Of a DNA stretch of 50,512 bases, positions 25,013-35,078 are shown piece by piece. The stretch's first letter is position 1, and each line of letters starts with the position of its first letter. Source of the stretch: an uncultured Methylophilaceae bacterium (GTDB lineage Bacteria; Pseudomonadota; Gammaproteobacteria; Burkholderiales; Methylophilaceae); the NCBI GenBank assembly GCA_903849185.1, contig CAINIH010000048.1, positions 1-50,512 on the forward strand, in the 5' to 3' direction. The translations under genes and the position numbers were made by a program. A model generated the notes under the pieces. The model made no database searches and was not told the origin of the DNA. It saw only the letters and a list, made by a program, of their open reading frames with translations.

Positions 25013-26920
25013 ATGTCTTATACCAAAAATAGTCAAAATATTTATAAATCACGCTACTTATTTAAACGGAGATTAGCGCTTCTTTCAGGTTTAATATCCA
25101 TTGCTTTTTTAATTGTTATTGGACGTTTTTTTTACCTTCAAATTCTTAAATACGATTTTTATAAAGACCTGTCTGAGAATAATCGTATCGCTGTGATTCC
25201 TAATGTGCCGAATAGAGGACTTATACTGGATCGCAATGGCGTCATCATGGCAGATAATTATTTTGTCTATAGTTTAGAAATCACGCCTTCTAAAGTCACT
25301 AACCTTAACAAAACGATTGATAATTTAAAGCCTATTATTGAATTAAGTGCTGGTGATTTAAAACAATTTAGAAAAATTTTAAAAGAAAGTTCTTCGTTAG
25401 ATAGTGTCCCCATCAAAACCCATTTATCAGAAACTGAAGCGGCAAGATTTGCTGCTAATAAATTGCGATTTGAAGGTGTAGAAATCAAATCCAGATTATT
25501 TAGACGCTACCCTAAAGGTGCATTCGCTTCACACCTTATTGGCCATATCAATCGTATCAACGAAGAAGATAAGGAAGTCATTAAAAAATTAGGTTGGCAA
25601 CAAAATTATAAAGGCACCGACTCCATAGGCAAGCTAGGTATTGAAAAGTACTATGAAGCTAGACTTCATGGCACTACTGGATTTCAAGAAGTTGAAATTG
25701 ATGCCAATGGCAATTCAGTGCGCATTTTAAATAGTACGCCTTCTATTGAAGGAGACGCGATTACATTATCTATTGACTCAAACTTACAAGAGATTGCTGA
25801 AAATGCTTTTAATAAATATCGGGGTGCGCTCGTCGCATTAAATCCAAAAAATGGAGAAGTGCTTGCATTTGTGAGTCGTCCTAATTTTGATCCTAATCAA
25901 TTTGTGGGTGGTATTGATGTAGATGAATGGAAAGTGCTCAATGAATCATTAGATAAACCTATGCTTAATCGAGCCATTAATGGTTTATACCCTCCAGGGT
26001 CGACTGTTAAACCTTTTGTCGCACTTGCGGCACTCGAGAATGATATTCGTAAACCACCTTTTAATATTAAGGATCCTGGGTTTTTTACATTGCCCAACTC
26101 AGGCCATACTTATAAAGACTGGAAGCCTTATGGTCATGGTGTTGTAGATATCGTCATGGCTATTACTATTTCATGCGATACATTTTTTTATGGGCTTGGT
26201 ATTGAATTAGGTATTAATAAACTATCTGAATTTTTATCTCAATTTGGTTTTGGAAAAGCCACTCATATTGATATGTTTGGAGAGAATGCTGGATTACTTC
26301 CATCGCCTGAATGGAAGCAAAAAAGATTCAAACAACCTTGGTATTTGGGCGAAACTGTTATTACAAGTATTGGTCAAGGTTATACACTTGTCACACCTAT
26401 GCAGCTAGCAGAAGCAGTCGCAACACTTGCTAACGGTGGGCTAACGATTCAACCAAGACTCATTCAATCCATTAAAAATAGTCAGACTGGAAAAATAGAA
26501 ACATTTAAAAATAAAACGGTTCGAGAATTACATTTCAAACCTGAGAATTTGGCGCTCGTGAAAGAAGGTATGATGAACGTCACACAACCAGGGGGAACTG
26601 CTGCAAGCGTAGGTGCTGGAGCGCCTTACAAGATTGCTGCCAAAACAGGGACGGCTCAAGTGGTAGAGATGAAAGAAAATCAAAAATATAATCCTAATCG
26701 CATGAATGAAAGACATCGTGACCATGCACTTTTTATCGCCTATGCCCCTGCGGAAGAGCCTACTATTGCAGTTGCTATCATTGTTGAAAATGGCGGCCAT
26801 GGAGGATCAACGGCTGGTCCTATTGCAAGAAAATTGATGGATTATTATTTGCTTAAAAAAGTATCTTCAAACAAAGAAGAAAATAAAGTGGGTCCTCTTG
26901 AATCTGAATATCACGATTAA
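25013..26920 (+). CDS. mrdA: Penicillin-binding protein 2
   Basis: RGLILDRNG, YPPGSTVK, SCD, KTGTAQ, DHALF. Confidence 0.96.
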   Translation: MSYTKNSQNIYKSRYLFKRRLALLSGLISIAFLIVIGRFFYLQILKYDFYKDLSENNRIAVIPNVPNRGLILDRNGVIMADNYFVYSLEITPSKVTNLNKTIDNLKPIIELSAGDLKQFRKILKESSSLDSVPIKTHLSETEAARFAANKLRFEGVEIKSRLFRRYPKGAFASHLIGHINRINEEDKEVIKKLGWQQNYKGTDSIGKLGIEKYYEARLHGTTGFQEVEIDANGNSVRILNSTPSIEGDAITLSIDSNLQEIAENAFNKYRGALVALNPKNGEVLAFVSRPNFDPNQFVGGIDVDEWKVLNESLDKPMLNRAINGLYPPGSTVKPFVALAALENDIRKPPFNIKDPGFFTLPNSGHTYKDWKPYGHGVVDIVMAITISCDTFFYGLGIELGINKLSEFLSQFGFGKATHIDMFGENAGLLPSPEWKQKRFKQPWYLGETVITSIGQGYTLVTPMQLAEAVATLANGGLTIQPRLIQSIKNSQTGKIETFKNKTVRELHFKPENLALVKEGMMNVTQPGGTAASVGAGAPYKIAAKTGTAQVVEMKENQKYNPNRMNERHRDHALFIAYAPAEEPTIAVAIIVENGGHGGSTAGPIARKLMDYYLLKKVSSNKEENKVGPLESEYHD

Positions 26921-26932
26921 AATAAAATCACT

Positions 26933-28030
26933 ATGCTAGAACGTCTATTTTTACGCTTACAAAAAAATATTGATTCCATTCTGATGATCTTTATTAGCTC
27001 AGCTTTGGTGGTCGGTCTTTTTACGCTCTATAGCGCTTCTGGGCGAAATATTATTTTGGTGCTCAATCAACTCTTTTATATTGGCCTTGGATTTATATTG
27101 CTTTGGATTACAGCAAGAGTGCATCCTAAACATTATGAGAAATTAGCACTGCCTATTTATATCTTAGGTTTGTTATTACTGTTTGCTGTCATGTTTGTTG
27201 GTCAATCAAGTCACGGTGCTCGACGCTGGTTAAATTTAGGCGCTTTTAAAATGCAACCTTCTGAAATTATGCGTCTTGCAGTACCCATCGCTATGGCTTG
27301 GTATCTTTCTAAGCGAGAAAATAACAGACATGCGATCGACTATATTATTGCCTCTCTCTTTTTTATTTTGCCTGTCATCCTTATTATCAATCAGCCTGAT
27401 TTAGGTACAGGGCTATTAATTACCGCATCAGGTTTTTATATTCTTTTCTTGGCTGGCTTAAATTGGAAATTTATTGTGGGGGCTGCTATCGGTCTTTTTT
27501 CTCTAGCGCCTATTATTTGGACGCATTTACATGATTACCAAAAGAATAGATTGCTTATCTTGCTGGACCCAAGCCAAGATCCATTAGGTTCCGGATATCA
27601 CACCATTCAATCTTCAATTGCCATGGGCTCAGGCGGTCTTATTGGTAAAGGTTGGCTTAATGGTACACAAGGTCAACTGGATTTCTTGCCTGAACGAACA
27701 ACCGATTTTATTTTTGCAGTCTTTAGTGAAGAATTTGGTTTATTAGGCAACCTTCTTCTCTTAGGATTATTTGCACTCATTATTGGTCGAAGCCTCATGA
27801 TTGCTTCTCAAGCCAAAAACACATTTACAAGACTTCTAGCGGCTAACATTGGACTTACTTTCTTTACTTATATCTTTATTAATATCGCTATGGTCAGTGG
27901 CATCATGCCTGTGGTGGGCGTACCTTTACCACTCATTAGTTTTGGCGGCACATCTATGACGATTATTTTAATTAGCTTTGGTATATTAATGAGTGTGCAT
28001 TCACATAAAGAACTTGTAGGATCATCTTAA
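26933..28030 (+). CDS. rodA: Peptidoglycan glycosyltransferase RodA (SEDS family)
   Basis: GARRW, QPSE, QPDLGT, LPERTTDFIF, PLPLISFGGTS. Confidence 0.96.
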   Translation: MLERLFLRLQKNIDSILMIFISSALVVGLFTLYSASGRNIILVLNQLFYIGLGFILLWITARVHPKHYEKLALPIYILGLLLLFAVMFVGQSSHGARRWLNLGAFKMQPSEIMRLAVPIAMAWYLSKRENNRHAIDYIIASLFFILPVILIINQPDLGTGLLITASGFYILFLAGLNWKFIVGAAIGLFSLAPIIWTHLHDYQKNRLLILLDPSQDPLGSGYHTIQSSIAMGSGGLIGKGWLNGTQGQLDFLPERTTDFIFAVFSEEFGLLGNLLLLGLFALIIGRSLMIASQAKNTFTRLLAANIGLTFFTYIFINIAMVSGIMPVVGVPLPLISFGGTSMTIILISFGILMSVHSHKELVGSS

Positions 28031-28932
28031 TGTTTAGAATTTATTTATCTATTCTCGTACTTCTTTCGATGCTGACAGGTTGTGCAAGCGTTCCTTCTTT
28101 TAAAAATGAGGGAGTCACTACTCCTTCAAAAAAAGGGGGTGGCTATTATCTCGATGATGGCCCAGGTGATCACCCTCCTGAAAATATCGATGCTATTCCT
28201 GATGCAACACCTAAAGTAGAGCCTTTTAATGCACGCGCAAATCAACCTTATATTGCGCTTGATAACAAATATATCCCTATGACTTCTTTTTATCCTTACA
28301 AAGAAAGAGGTGTCGCTTCTTGGTACGGCAAACGTTATCACGGTAAAAAAACATCGATTGGGGAATACTATGATATGTATAGCATGACAGGTGCGCATAC
28401 TACGCTCCCTATTCCTTGCTATGTGAGAGTCACCAATACTGAAAATGGTAAAAGTGTGATTGTCAGAATTAACGATCGAGGTCCATTTAAAAAAGATCGC
28501 GTCATCGATTTGTCATTTGCTGCAGCTTACAAATTAAGATTGTCTGATAAAGGAAGTGGTCCGGTAGAAGTGGAACTGATTGATCCAAGACAATTTAGTG
28601 CACTCAAAAAAACGCCTGATGTCATTACTGAAAAAATAAAAGAAAAAGAAGTGACTCCCACACAGGTAAAGACAGAAGAAGCTATAGCGAATGAGCCTCT
28701 TTATATTCAAGCTGGGGCTTTTAAAAATGAAAAAAATGCGGATCTTTTGTTGAAACAACTCTCTGAAATGAAATTAGAAAATACACCGCCATTTAAAAAG
28801 CAATTTTCAGAAGATTTATTTCATGTGGTGATTGGCCCTTTCAATTCTAAAAATGAAGCTACTAACATCGCAGATCTTATTAAATCAAAAATAAAAATTA
28901 GTATTTTTGTAATCGCTAAAGAAAAGAATTAA
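28030..28932 (+). CDS. rlpA: Septal ring lytic transglycosylase RlpA (lipoprotein, DPBB + SPOR)
   Basis: Lipobox LTGC, ASWYG, RINDRGPF, IDLS; C-terminal YIQAGAF SPOR domain. Confidence 0.93.
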   Translation: MFRIYLSILVLLSMLTGCASVPSFKNEGVTTPSKKGGGYYLDDGPGDHPPENIDAIPDATPKVEPFNARANQPYIALDNKYIPMTSFYPYKERGVASWYGKRYHGKKTSIGEYYDMYSMTGAHTTLPIPCYVRVTNTENGKSVIVRINDRGPFKKDRVIDLSFAAAYKLRLSDKGSGPVEVELIDPRQFSALKKTPDVITEKIKEKEVTPTQVKTEEAIANEPLYIQAGAFKNEKNADLLLKQLSEMKLENTPPFKKQFSEDLFHVVIGPFNSKNEATNIADLIKSKIKISIFVIAKEKN

Positions 28933-29211
28933 GTGTCAGGTCAAAATACATCGCCAGAAACTCTCATTGAATTTCCATGCCACTTCCCAATTAAAGTGAT
29001 GGGAGAAGTCCATGATGAATTTACATCAACAGTGATTGAAATCATCAAACAAAAAAATGGAAAATTTGATCCGAGTACGATTGAGATGAAGGGAAGTAGT
29101 GAAGGTCGTTATATCAGTCTTACTTGCTTTGTTTATGCGACAAGTAAACCAGAGTTAGATGATATCTATCGATCACTTTCATCACACCCCATGATTAAAG
29201 TCGTTCTGTAA
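28933..29211 (+). CDS. ybeD: YbeD/DUF493 family protein
   Basis: LIEFPCHFPIKVMG, SSEGRYISL; upstream of lipB; GTG start. Confidence 0.9.
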   Translation: MSGQNTSPETLIEFPCHFPIKVMGEVHDEFTSTVIEIIKQKNGKFDPSTIEMKGSSEGRYISLTCFVYATSKPELDDIYRSLSSHPMIKVVL

Positions 29212-29215
29212 TTTT

Positions 29216-29833
29216 ATGTCTATCGGCGTCAAATATCTCGGGCTCACGCCGTATGAATCAACATGGAATGAAATGAAAAATTTCACTTCTAAAAGAGATC
29301 ATTCTACTCTGGACGAAATATGGATTACAGAGCATGAGGCTATTTATACGCTAGGATTAAACCGAAAAGATTTTAAAAAGCCTTTAAGAGATGACATTCC
29401 AATCCTTCATGTGGATCGTGGTGGAAAAATCACTTATCACGGTCGAGGCCAACTCATTATTTACCCGCTTATTGATCTTGAACGTTACCATTTAACCATT
29501 AGATCTTTCGTGACATTAATTGAAAAAAGTATTGTGGAATTTTTATCCCGTCGCGATATTAAAGCCAATGCTAAAATAGAAGCTCCTGGGGTATATATTG
29601 AAAATAAAAAAATTGCTTCTTTGGGGTTGCGCATCAAAAACCATGCTTCATACCATGGTTTCAGTTTAAATATTGATATGGATCTATCCCCTTTTGATGC
29701 GATTGATCCTTGTGGTTATAAAAATTTACAAATGACACAATTAAAAACATTTACAGATGATGTATCGATCGAAAGCATAGGCTTCGAAATTGCGAATGAT
29801 ATTAAACATCAACTACTCAATTTAAAGTCATGA
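29216..29833 (+). CDS. lipB: Octanoyltransferase
   Basis: [31 protein letters not shown]. Confidence 0.95.
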   Translation: MSIGVKYLGLTPYESTWNEMKNFTSKRDHSTLDEIWITEHEAIYTLGLNRKDFKKPLRDDIPILHVDRGGKITYHGRGQLIIYPLIDLERYHLTIRSFVTLIEKSIVEFLSRRDIKANAKIEAPGVYIENKKIASLGLRIKNHASYHGFSLNIDMDLSPFDAIDPCGYKNLQMTQLKTFTDDVSIESIGFEIANDIKHQLLNLKS

Positions 29834-30780
29834 AAACTTATACGTCAAAACCTATAGGCATTAAAGAAACTAATTTTGAGAAGACTTCTAAGATTCCTAT
29901 CAAAATTATTGAAGTTCCCATTAAGGCGAAGCCACATTGGATCAAAATGCAGCTGCCTCAAAGCCAGCGATTCAATGAAATTAAATCTATTTTAAGAAAA
30001 AACAATCTTCATAGCGTATGTGAAGAAGCAAGCTGCCCTAATATTGGTGAATGTTTTAGTCAGGGTACTGCCACATTCATGATTCTTGGTGACCTTTGTA
30101 CAAGACGCTGTCCATTCTGCGATGTCGGTCATGGCAGACCTTTGCCACCTGATGCTGATGAGCCAAAAAAATTAGCTCAAACTATCCGAGAGCTCAATCT
30201 GAAATATGTTGTGATTACAAGTGTAGATCGTGATGATTTACGAGATGGTGGTGCGCAACATTTTGTCGATTGTATTAAAGAAATTCGTAACGTTTCACCC
30301 AATACAAAAATTGAAATTTTAGTGCCTGACTTTAGAGGTCGGCTTGATAAAGCGCTCGATATTTTAAGTTTGATGCCACCCGATGTGTTTAATCATAATC
30401 TTGAAACTATTCCAAGACTTTATAAAAAAGCACGTCCGGGATCAGATTATCAACATTCACTCAATTTACTATTAAATTTCAAATTAAAGTTTCCAAACAT
30501 ACCGACTAAATCAGGACTCATGTTAGGGCTAGGCGAAACCAATTCTGAAATTCTTGAAGTCATGAAGGACTTAAGAACACATCAAGTTGAAATGCTTACC
30601 CTTGGACAATATTTACAACCAAGTGCCCATCATCTTCCTGTAGATCGCTATGTGGATCCAAAAGAATTTGATACTTTAAAAGAAGAGGCGATTCATATGG
30701 CTTTTTCATCAGTCGCAAGTGCGCCCATGGTGAGAAGTAGTTATCACGCAGATCTTCAAGCGCATGAGGCGCAAAACTAA
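29830..30780 (+). CDS. lipA: Lipoyl synthase
   Basis: [24 protein letters not shown]. Confidence 0.97.
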   Translation: MKTYTSKPIGIKETNFEKTSKIPIKIIEVPIKAKPHWIKMQLPQSQRFNEIKSILRKNNLHSVCEEASCPNIGECFSQGTATFMILGDLCTRRCPFCDVGHGRPLPPDADEPKKLAQTIRELNLKYVVITSVDRDDLRDGGAQHFVDCIKEIRNVSPNTKIEILVPDFRGRLDKALDILSLMPPDVFNHNLETIPRLYKKARPGSDYQHSLNLLLNFKLKFPNIPTKSGLMLGLGETNSEILEVMKDLRTHQVEMLTLGQYLQPSAHHLPVDRYVDPKEFDTLKEEAIHMAFSSVASAPMVRSSYHADLQAHEAQN

Positions 30781-32076
30781 ATGGTTCCACATTTAAAAAC
30801 CGCACTCACAGGCCCGCTTCTTTCTTTAGAAAAACATCTCATTCATGAAATGGCGAATATCGAACATTGGTTTCGCACACAATGGTTAGAGCATACAGCT
30901 CCTTTTTACGCATCCGTTGATTTAAGAAATGCAGGATTTAAATTAGCGCCTGTCGATACCAATCTTTTTCCAGGAGGATTTAATAATTTAAATCCAGATT
31001 TTTTATCACTTTCTGTCCAAGCTGCCATGGTTGCAGTTGAGAAAGTTTGTCCTGAGGCACATCGCCTCTTAATCATCCCTGAAAATCACACACGAAACAT
31101 TTATTACTTAAAAAATTTGTTTGAGTTACAAAACATATTAAGAAAATCAGGTTTAGATGTACGTATTGGTAGTTTAGATGAAGCAATCACGGAACCCACA
31201 ACTATACTTGTTGAAAATAATAAATCTTTACTCATTGAACCTTTAAAACGTATTAAAAATAGATTAGTACTTGAAAATAAGACGCTTGGTAATTTTGATG
31301 CATGTGCCATTTTATTAAATAATGATTTATCTGCAGGCATTCCTGAGGTATTAAAAAATCTTGAACAGAATTTAATTCCTCCTCTTCATGCAGGTTGGGC
31401 AACGCGTAGAAAATCACAACACTTTAAAGCTTATGATGAAGTCGTGAAATCATTTGCTGAATTTATTAAAGTAGATCCTTGGCTCATTAATCCTTATTTT
31501 GATCATGCAAGTCAGATTGATTTTCATGCAAGACAAGGCGAAGATGAACTTGCGGGAAAAGTAGATCAAATCTTAACGAAGATTCGATTGAAATATAAAG
31601 AATACAAAGTCGAGCATGAGCCTTTTGTGATTGTTAAGGCAGACGCCGGTACTTATGGGATGGGTATTATGACCGTGAAGCATGGTGACGAATTAAGAAA
31701 TTTAAATCGAAAATCACGGAATAAAATGTCTGTAGTCAAAGAAGGTCTTGAAGTATCAGAAGTGATTATTCAAGAGGGCGTCTATTCTGAGGAATGTATT
31801 AATGAAGCCGTCGCAGAGCCTGTCGTTTATATGATAGATCATTTTGTCATTGGTGGATTTTATCGTGTACATACTACACGAGGTAAAGATGAAAACCTTA
31901 ATGCGCCTGGTATGCATTTTGTACCCTTAGCCTTTGAAACTTCCTGCTCTACGCCTGAAATCGACGAATCGCCACTCTCAACACCTAATCGATTCTATGC
32001 TTATGGTGTCATTGCAAGATTAGCGCTTCTTGCAGCGTCCATTGAACTTGAAACTTATGACCCGATGAATCAATAA
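30781..32076 (+). CDS. gshA: Glutamate-cysteine ligase (betaproteobacterial/Acidithiobacillus type)
   Basis: SVDLRNAGFKLAPVDTNLFPGGFNNL, KADAGTYGMG, AEPVVY; upstream of gshB. Confidence 0.93.
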   Translation: MVPHLKTALTGPLLSLEKHLIHEMANIEHWFRTQWLEHTAPFYASVDLRNAGFKLAPVDTNLFPGGFNNLNPDFLSLSVQAAMVAVEKVCPEAHRLLIIPENHTRNIYYLKNLFELQNILRKSGLDVRIGSLDEAITEPTTILVENNKSLLIEPLKRIKNRLVLENKTLGNFDACAILLNNDLSAGIPEVLKNLEQNLIPPLHAGWATRRKSQHFKAYDEVVKSFAEFIKVDPWLINPYFDHASQIDFHARQGEDELAGKVDQILTKIRLKYKEYKVEHEPFVIVKADAGTYGMGIMTVKHGDELRNLNRKSRNKMSVVKEGLEVSEVIIQEGVYSEECINEAVAEPVVYMIDHFVIGGFYRVHTTRGKDENLNAPGMHFVPLAFETSCSTPEIDESPLSTPNRFYAYGVIARLALLAASIELETYDPMNQ

Positions 32077-32079
32077 ACG

Positions 32080-33000
32080 ATGCCTATTCTTTTCATTATC
32101 GACCCACCTCAATCACTACAATTAAAGAAGGATTCTACCCTGGCTTTAATGAAGGAGGCGGTTAAGCAAAATCATGAAGTTTATTTTTGTTTGCAACATG
32201 ATTTATATATTGATGCCAACCAGTTATTTTGTAGAACACATCGTTTTGAATTAGATATTTTTCCAAAGCATGCAAAAAACTATGAGACGCAACCTGTTTC
32301 ATTTTTTAAAGCGCTCTTTATGAGGAAAGATCCACCCGTTGATCAAGCTTATCTTCACACAACCTACTTATTAGATATCGCTGAAAAATCAAATGTGAAA
32401 GTATTCAATAAACCTTCTTCCATTAGAAGCTGGAATGAAAAAATATCGATACTTCAATTCGACACACTTATCCCTAAAACTTTGGTCACCGCGAATCCAG
32501 AGATTGTGAAGCAATTTTTTAAAGATCATGGCGACATTATTCTAAAGCCTCTTGATGGCATGGGTGGCAAGAATATTTTCCGTGTCAGTGAGTTTGAAAA
32601 AAATCTTAATGTGATTTTAGAAATCATGACTAATCATGGACGTCAAATGATCATGGCGCAGCAATATATTCCAGAAATTAAATTAGGAGATAAACGTATT
32701 GTGATTATTGAAGGAAAACCTTTTCCATATGCCTTGGCGCGAATTCCTATGGAAGGTGAGACGCGGGGCAATCTGGCGTCAGGTGGGCAGGGTATCGCAC
32801 AAGCGCTATCAAAAAGAGATATGGAAATAGCCACCATCGTAGGCAAAAAACTATTAAGTGAAGGGCTTCATTTTGTTGGGATTGATGTGATTGGTGATTA
32901 TCTAACAGAAATTAATGTCACAAGCCCGACTGGAATCGTCGAACTATTTGAACAAACAAAACAAAATCCTGCAGAACTTATTATCAATGCGCTTCATTAA
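32080..33000 (+). CDS. gshB: Glutathione synthetase
   Basis: KDST, MRKDPP, KPLDGMGG, GDKR, RGNLA, EINVTSPT. Confidence 0.95.
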   Translation: MPILFIIDPPQSLQLKKDSTLALMKEAVKQNHEVYFCLQHDLYIDANQLFCRTHRFELDIFPKHAKNYETQPVSFFKALFMRKDPPVDQAYLHTTYLLDIAEKSNVKVFNKPSSIRSWNEKISILQFDTLIPKTLVTANPEIVKQFFKDHGDIILKPLDGMGGKNIFRVSEFEKNLNVILEIMTNHGRQMIMAQQYIPEIKLGDKRIVIIEGKPFPYALARIPMEGETRGNLASGGQGIAQALSKRDMEIATIVGKKLLSEGLHFVGIDVIGDYLTEINVTSPTGIVELFEQTKQNPAELIINALH

Positions 33001-34036
33001 GTTTTTTTTCATTATTGTTGCATTATGTTTTCTTCAATCTTGCTCTAAAACATCTTTATACCAATCTAAGCATTACGTCTTTGGAACCATTGTAGATATT
33101 TCTATTTATGGTGAAGATGAAAAAAAAGCGGAAAAAGCTACACAAGCAGTGCTTCATGAATTTACGCGTCTTCATAACTCACTTCACGCATGGAAAAAAA
33201 GTGACGTTACCAATCTTAATGAGGCTATAGCAAAAAATAAGCCTTATATAAATCCATCAGCAGAACTTGTTGAAATCCTAAAAGAAGCGAAAGTTTTAGA
33301 AGATGCTTCTAATCATTTATTCAATCCAGCCATTGGAGAACTCATCGATTATTGGGGATTTCATCAGGACGAATTTAATCCTATACATCCAGATAAATCA
33401 AAAATTAAAGTGCTTGTTGAAAGAAAGCCTTCTCTAGATCAGTTAAGTATTTCAGGATCTTCAATTAGTAGTGCTAATTCTCACGTTAAAATTGATCTGG
33501 GTGGATATGCAAAAGGATATGCACTAGATCAGGCAAACAAAATTCTTCATGAGCATCATATTAAAAATGCACTCATCAATATTGGTGGCAATATTATCGC
33601 CATCGGTCAACATGGAAATAAACCTTGGCGTGTGGGTATACAAGACCCCAGAGGGTCGCAAGCGATTGTTAAACTGGATTTACCTGATGGATGGGCTATT
33701 GGTACATCAGGCGATTATCAACGTTATTTTATGAATGATGGTATTCGTTATTGCCATCTTATTAATCCTTTTACAGGATTCCCAATGCAAAATGTTTATT
33801 CTGTCACAGTCCTCATAGAGCCTGCCAAAAATGCAGGCACTCTATCTGACGTATTATCTAAACCGCTTTTTATTGGTAAAAAAGAAGACCGAGTAGCTAT
33901 AGCACAAAAACTTAATATTCATCATTACCTCATTATTGAAGAAAATCGTATATCCATGACTCAAACGATGGCAGATAAAATTCAATTTTTAGACATTCAT
34001 TCTCAGAAAAAAAATCATCTTGAAATTACGCACTAA
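32987..34036 (+). CDS. apbE: FAD:protein FMN transferase (ApbE/Ftp), lipoprotein
   Basis: Signal peptide with lipobox (MRFIKFFFIIVALCFLQSC), FGT, DLGGYAKGYALD, NIGGN, TSGDYQRY, HLINP. Start reassigned to 32987. Confidence 0.92.
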   Translation: MRFIKFFFIIVALCFLQSCSKTSLYQSKHYVFGTIVDISIYGEDEKKAEKATQAVLHEFTRLHNSLHAWKKSDVTNLNEAIAKNKPYINPSAELVEILKEAKVLEDASNHLFNPAIGELIDYWGFHQDEFNPIHPDKSKIKVLVERKPSLDQLSISGSSISSANSHVKIDLGGYAKGYALDQANKILHEHHIKNALINIGGNIIAIGQHGNKPWRVGIQDPRGSQAIVKLDLPDGWAIGTSGDYQRYFMNDGIRYCHLINPFTGFPMQNVYSVTVLIEPAKNAGTLSDVLSKPLFIGKKEDRVAIAQKLNIHHYLIIEENRISMTQTMADKIQFLDIHSQKKNHLEITH

Positions 34037-34394
34037 ATCTTTTCTTGGAGACAGTCTTATTGTTTTAATAAGTCTTATCTTTATTGTTTTTGCATTTAAA
34101 ACTTTCTGGCATTTTGAAACCGGCAGCGTTGTACAAGTGAATTTTCAAGGAAAAACTTATGGGAACTTCAGCTTATTTCAAGATAAAAAAATTAGCCTTA
34201 TAGGTAAAGAGGGTGAAAGTATTATTGAAATTAAAGAAGGGCGTGCTCGCTTTGCGCGAGCGCCATGTAAAAATCAATATTGCGTGCAGCAAGGATGGAT
34301 TCATCTCACAGGACAAATGCTGATTTGTATTCCCAATGAAGTCAGCATTGAAATATTAGGCAAAACAAAAGCTTATGACTCGCTCAATTATTAA
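34020..34394 (+). CDS. NusG domain II-containing membrane-anchored protein
   Basis: N-terminal GD plus TM helix; CKNQYCVQQGWI..ICIPN Cys pattern; lies between apbE and the Gx transporter. TTG start is uncertain. Confidence 0.85.
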   Translation: MKLRTKSFLGDSLIVLISLIFIVFAFKTFWHFETGSVVQVNFQGKTYGNFSLFQDKKISLIGKEGESIIEIKEGRARFARAPCKNQYCVQQGWIHLTGQMLICIPNEVSIEILGKTKAYDSLNY

Positions 34395-34896
34395 AATTAA
34401 AACGACTTTACTTGACCATCAAATTGCAAAATTAAGTGCGATTGCGATAGGACTTAGTCTTATTGAATCAGTTTTGCCGTCACCCATGCCAGGGGTAAAG
34501 CCAGGTATTGCTAATATCATTACACTTTACGCCATGTATCGTTTTAATTTTAAAATAGCGATGTGGGTTGGTATCTTAAGAGTCTTTGCGACAAGCCTTA
34601 TATTGGGACAATTTTTAAGTCCGACATTCATGTTAAGTCTAACTGGGTCAGTGTTGAGCCTTTTGACTTTGTATTTTGCAATTAAATTACCATCTAAATT
34701 TTTTAGTCCTATAGGTCTTTCAGTACTTTCTTCTTTTGCGCATATTGGAGGTCAACTTTTCCTTGTCCGTATATGGCTCATCCCTCACGCTAGTATCTAT
34801 TATTTGATTCCTATTTATAGTGCGGCGGCACTTTTATTTGGATTCATTAATGGATGGATTACATACCGTTTACTTAAGCACCACAATTCCATATAA
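34375..34896 (+). CDS. Gx transporter family protein (annotated as heptaprenyl diphosphate synthase component I-like)
   Basis: IESVLPSPMPGVKPGIANI, HIGGQ, multiple TM helices. Confidence 0.85.
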   Translation: MTRSIIKIKTTLLDHQIAKLSAIAIGLSLIESVLPSPMPGVKPGIANIITLYAMYRFNFKIAMWVGILRVFATSLILGQFLSPTFMLSLTGSVLSLLTLYFAIKLPSKFFSPIGLSVLSSFAHIGGQLFLVRIWLIPHASIYYLIPIYSAAALLFGFINGWITYRLLKHHNSI

Positions 34897-34946
34897 CACA
34901 TCAAGATAATGCTAAAATACCTTAAGTTCAAAAAGGTATAGACATC

Positions 34947-35075
34947 ATGAAAAAATATCTATGTATTTATATAAGTGCCTTACTTCTTCTAAACCTTGTA
35001 GGATGTGGCACCAAGGGTCCTTTATATATTCCTGAGAAAAAATACCCGCAAAATACAACGCCTGAGAAAAAATAA
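34947..35075 (+). CDS. lptM: Small lipoprotein LptM/YifL/LppL (42 aa)
   Basis: Hand translation MKKYLCIYISALLLLNLVGCGTKGPLYIPEKKYPQNTTPEKK; lipobox LVGC followed by CGxKGPLYxP; directly upstream of lysA. Absent from the ORF track. Confidence 0.88.
   Translation: MKKYLCIYISALLLLNLVGCGTKGPLYIPEKKYPQNTTPEKK
35031..35074 (+). repeat. 14-bp direct repeat CCTGAGAAAAAATA x2, 30-bp period
   Basis: Copies at 35031-35044 and 35061-35074, each encoding PEKK. Confidence 0.8.
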
Positions 35076-35078
35076 ATA

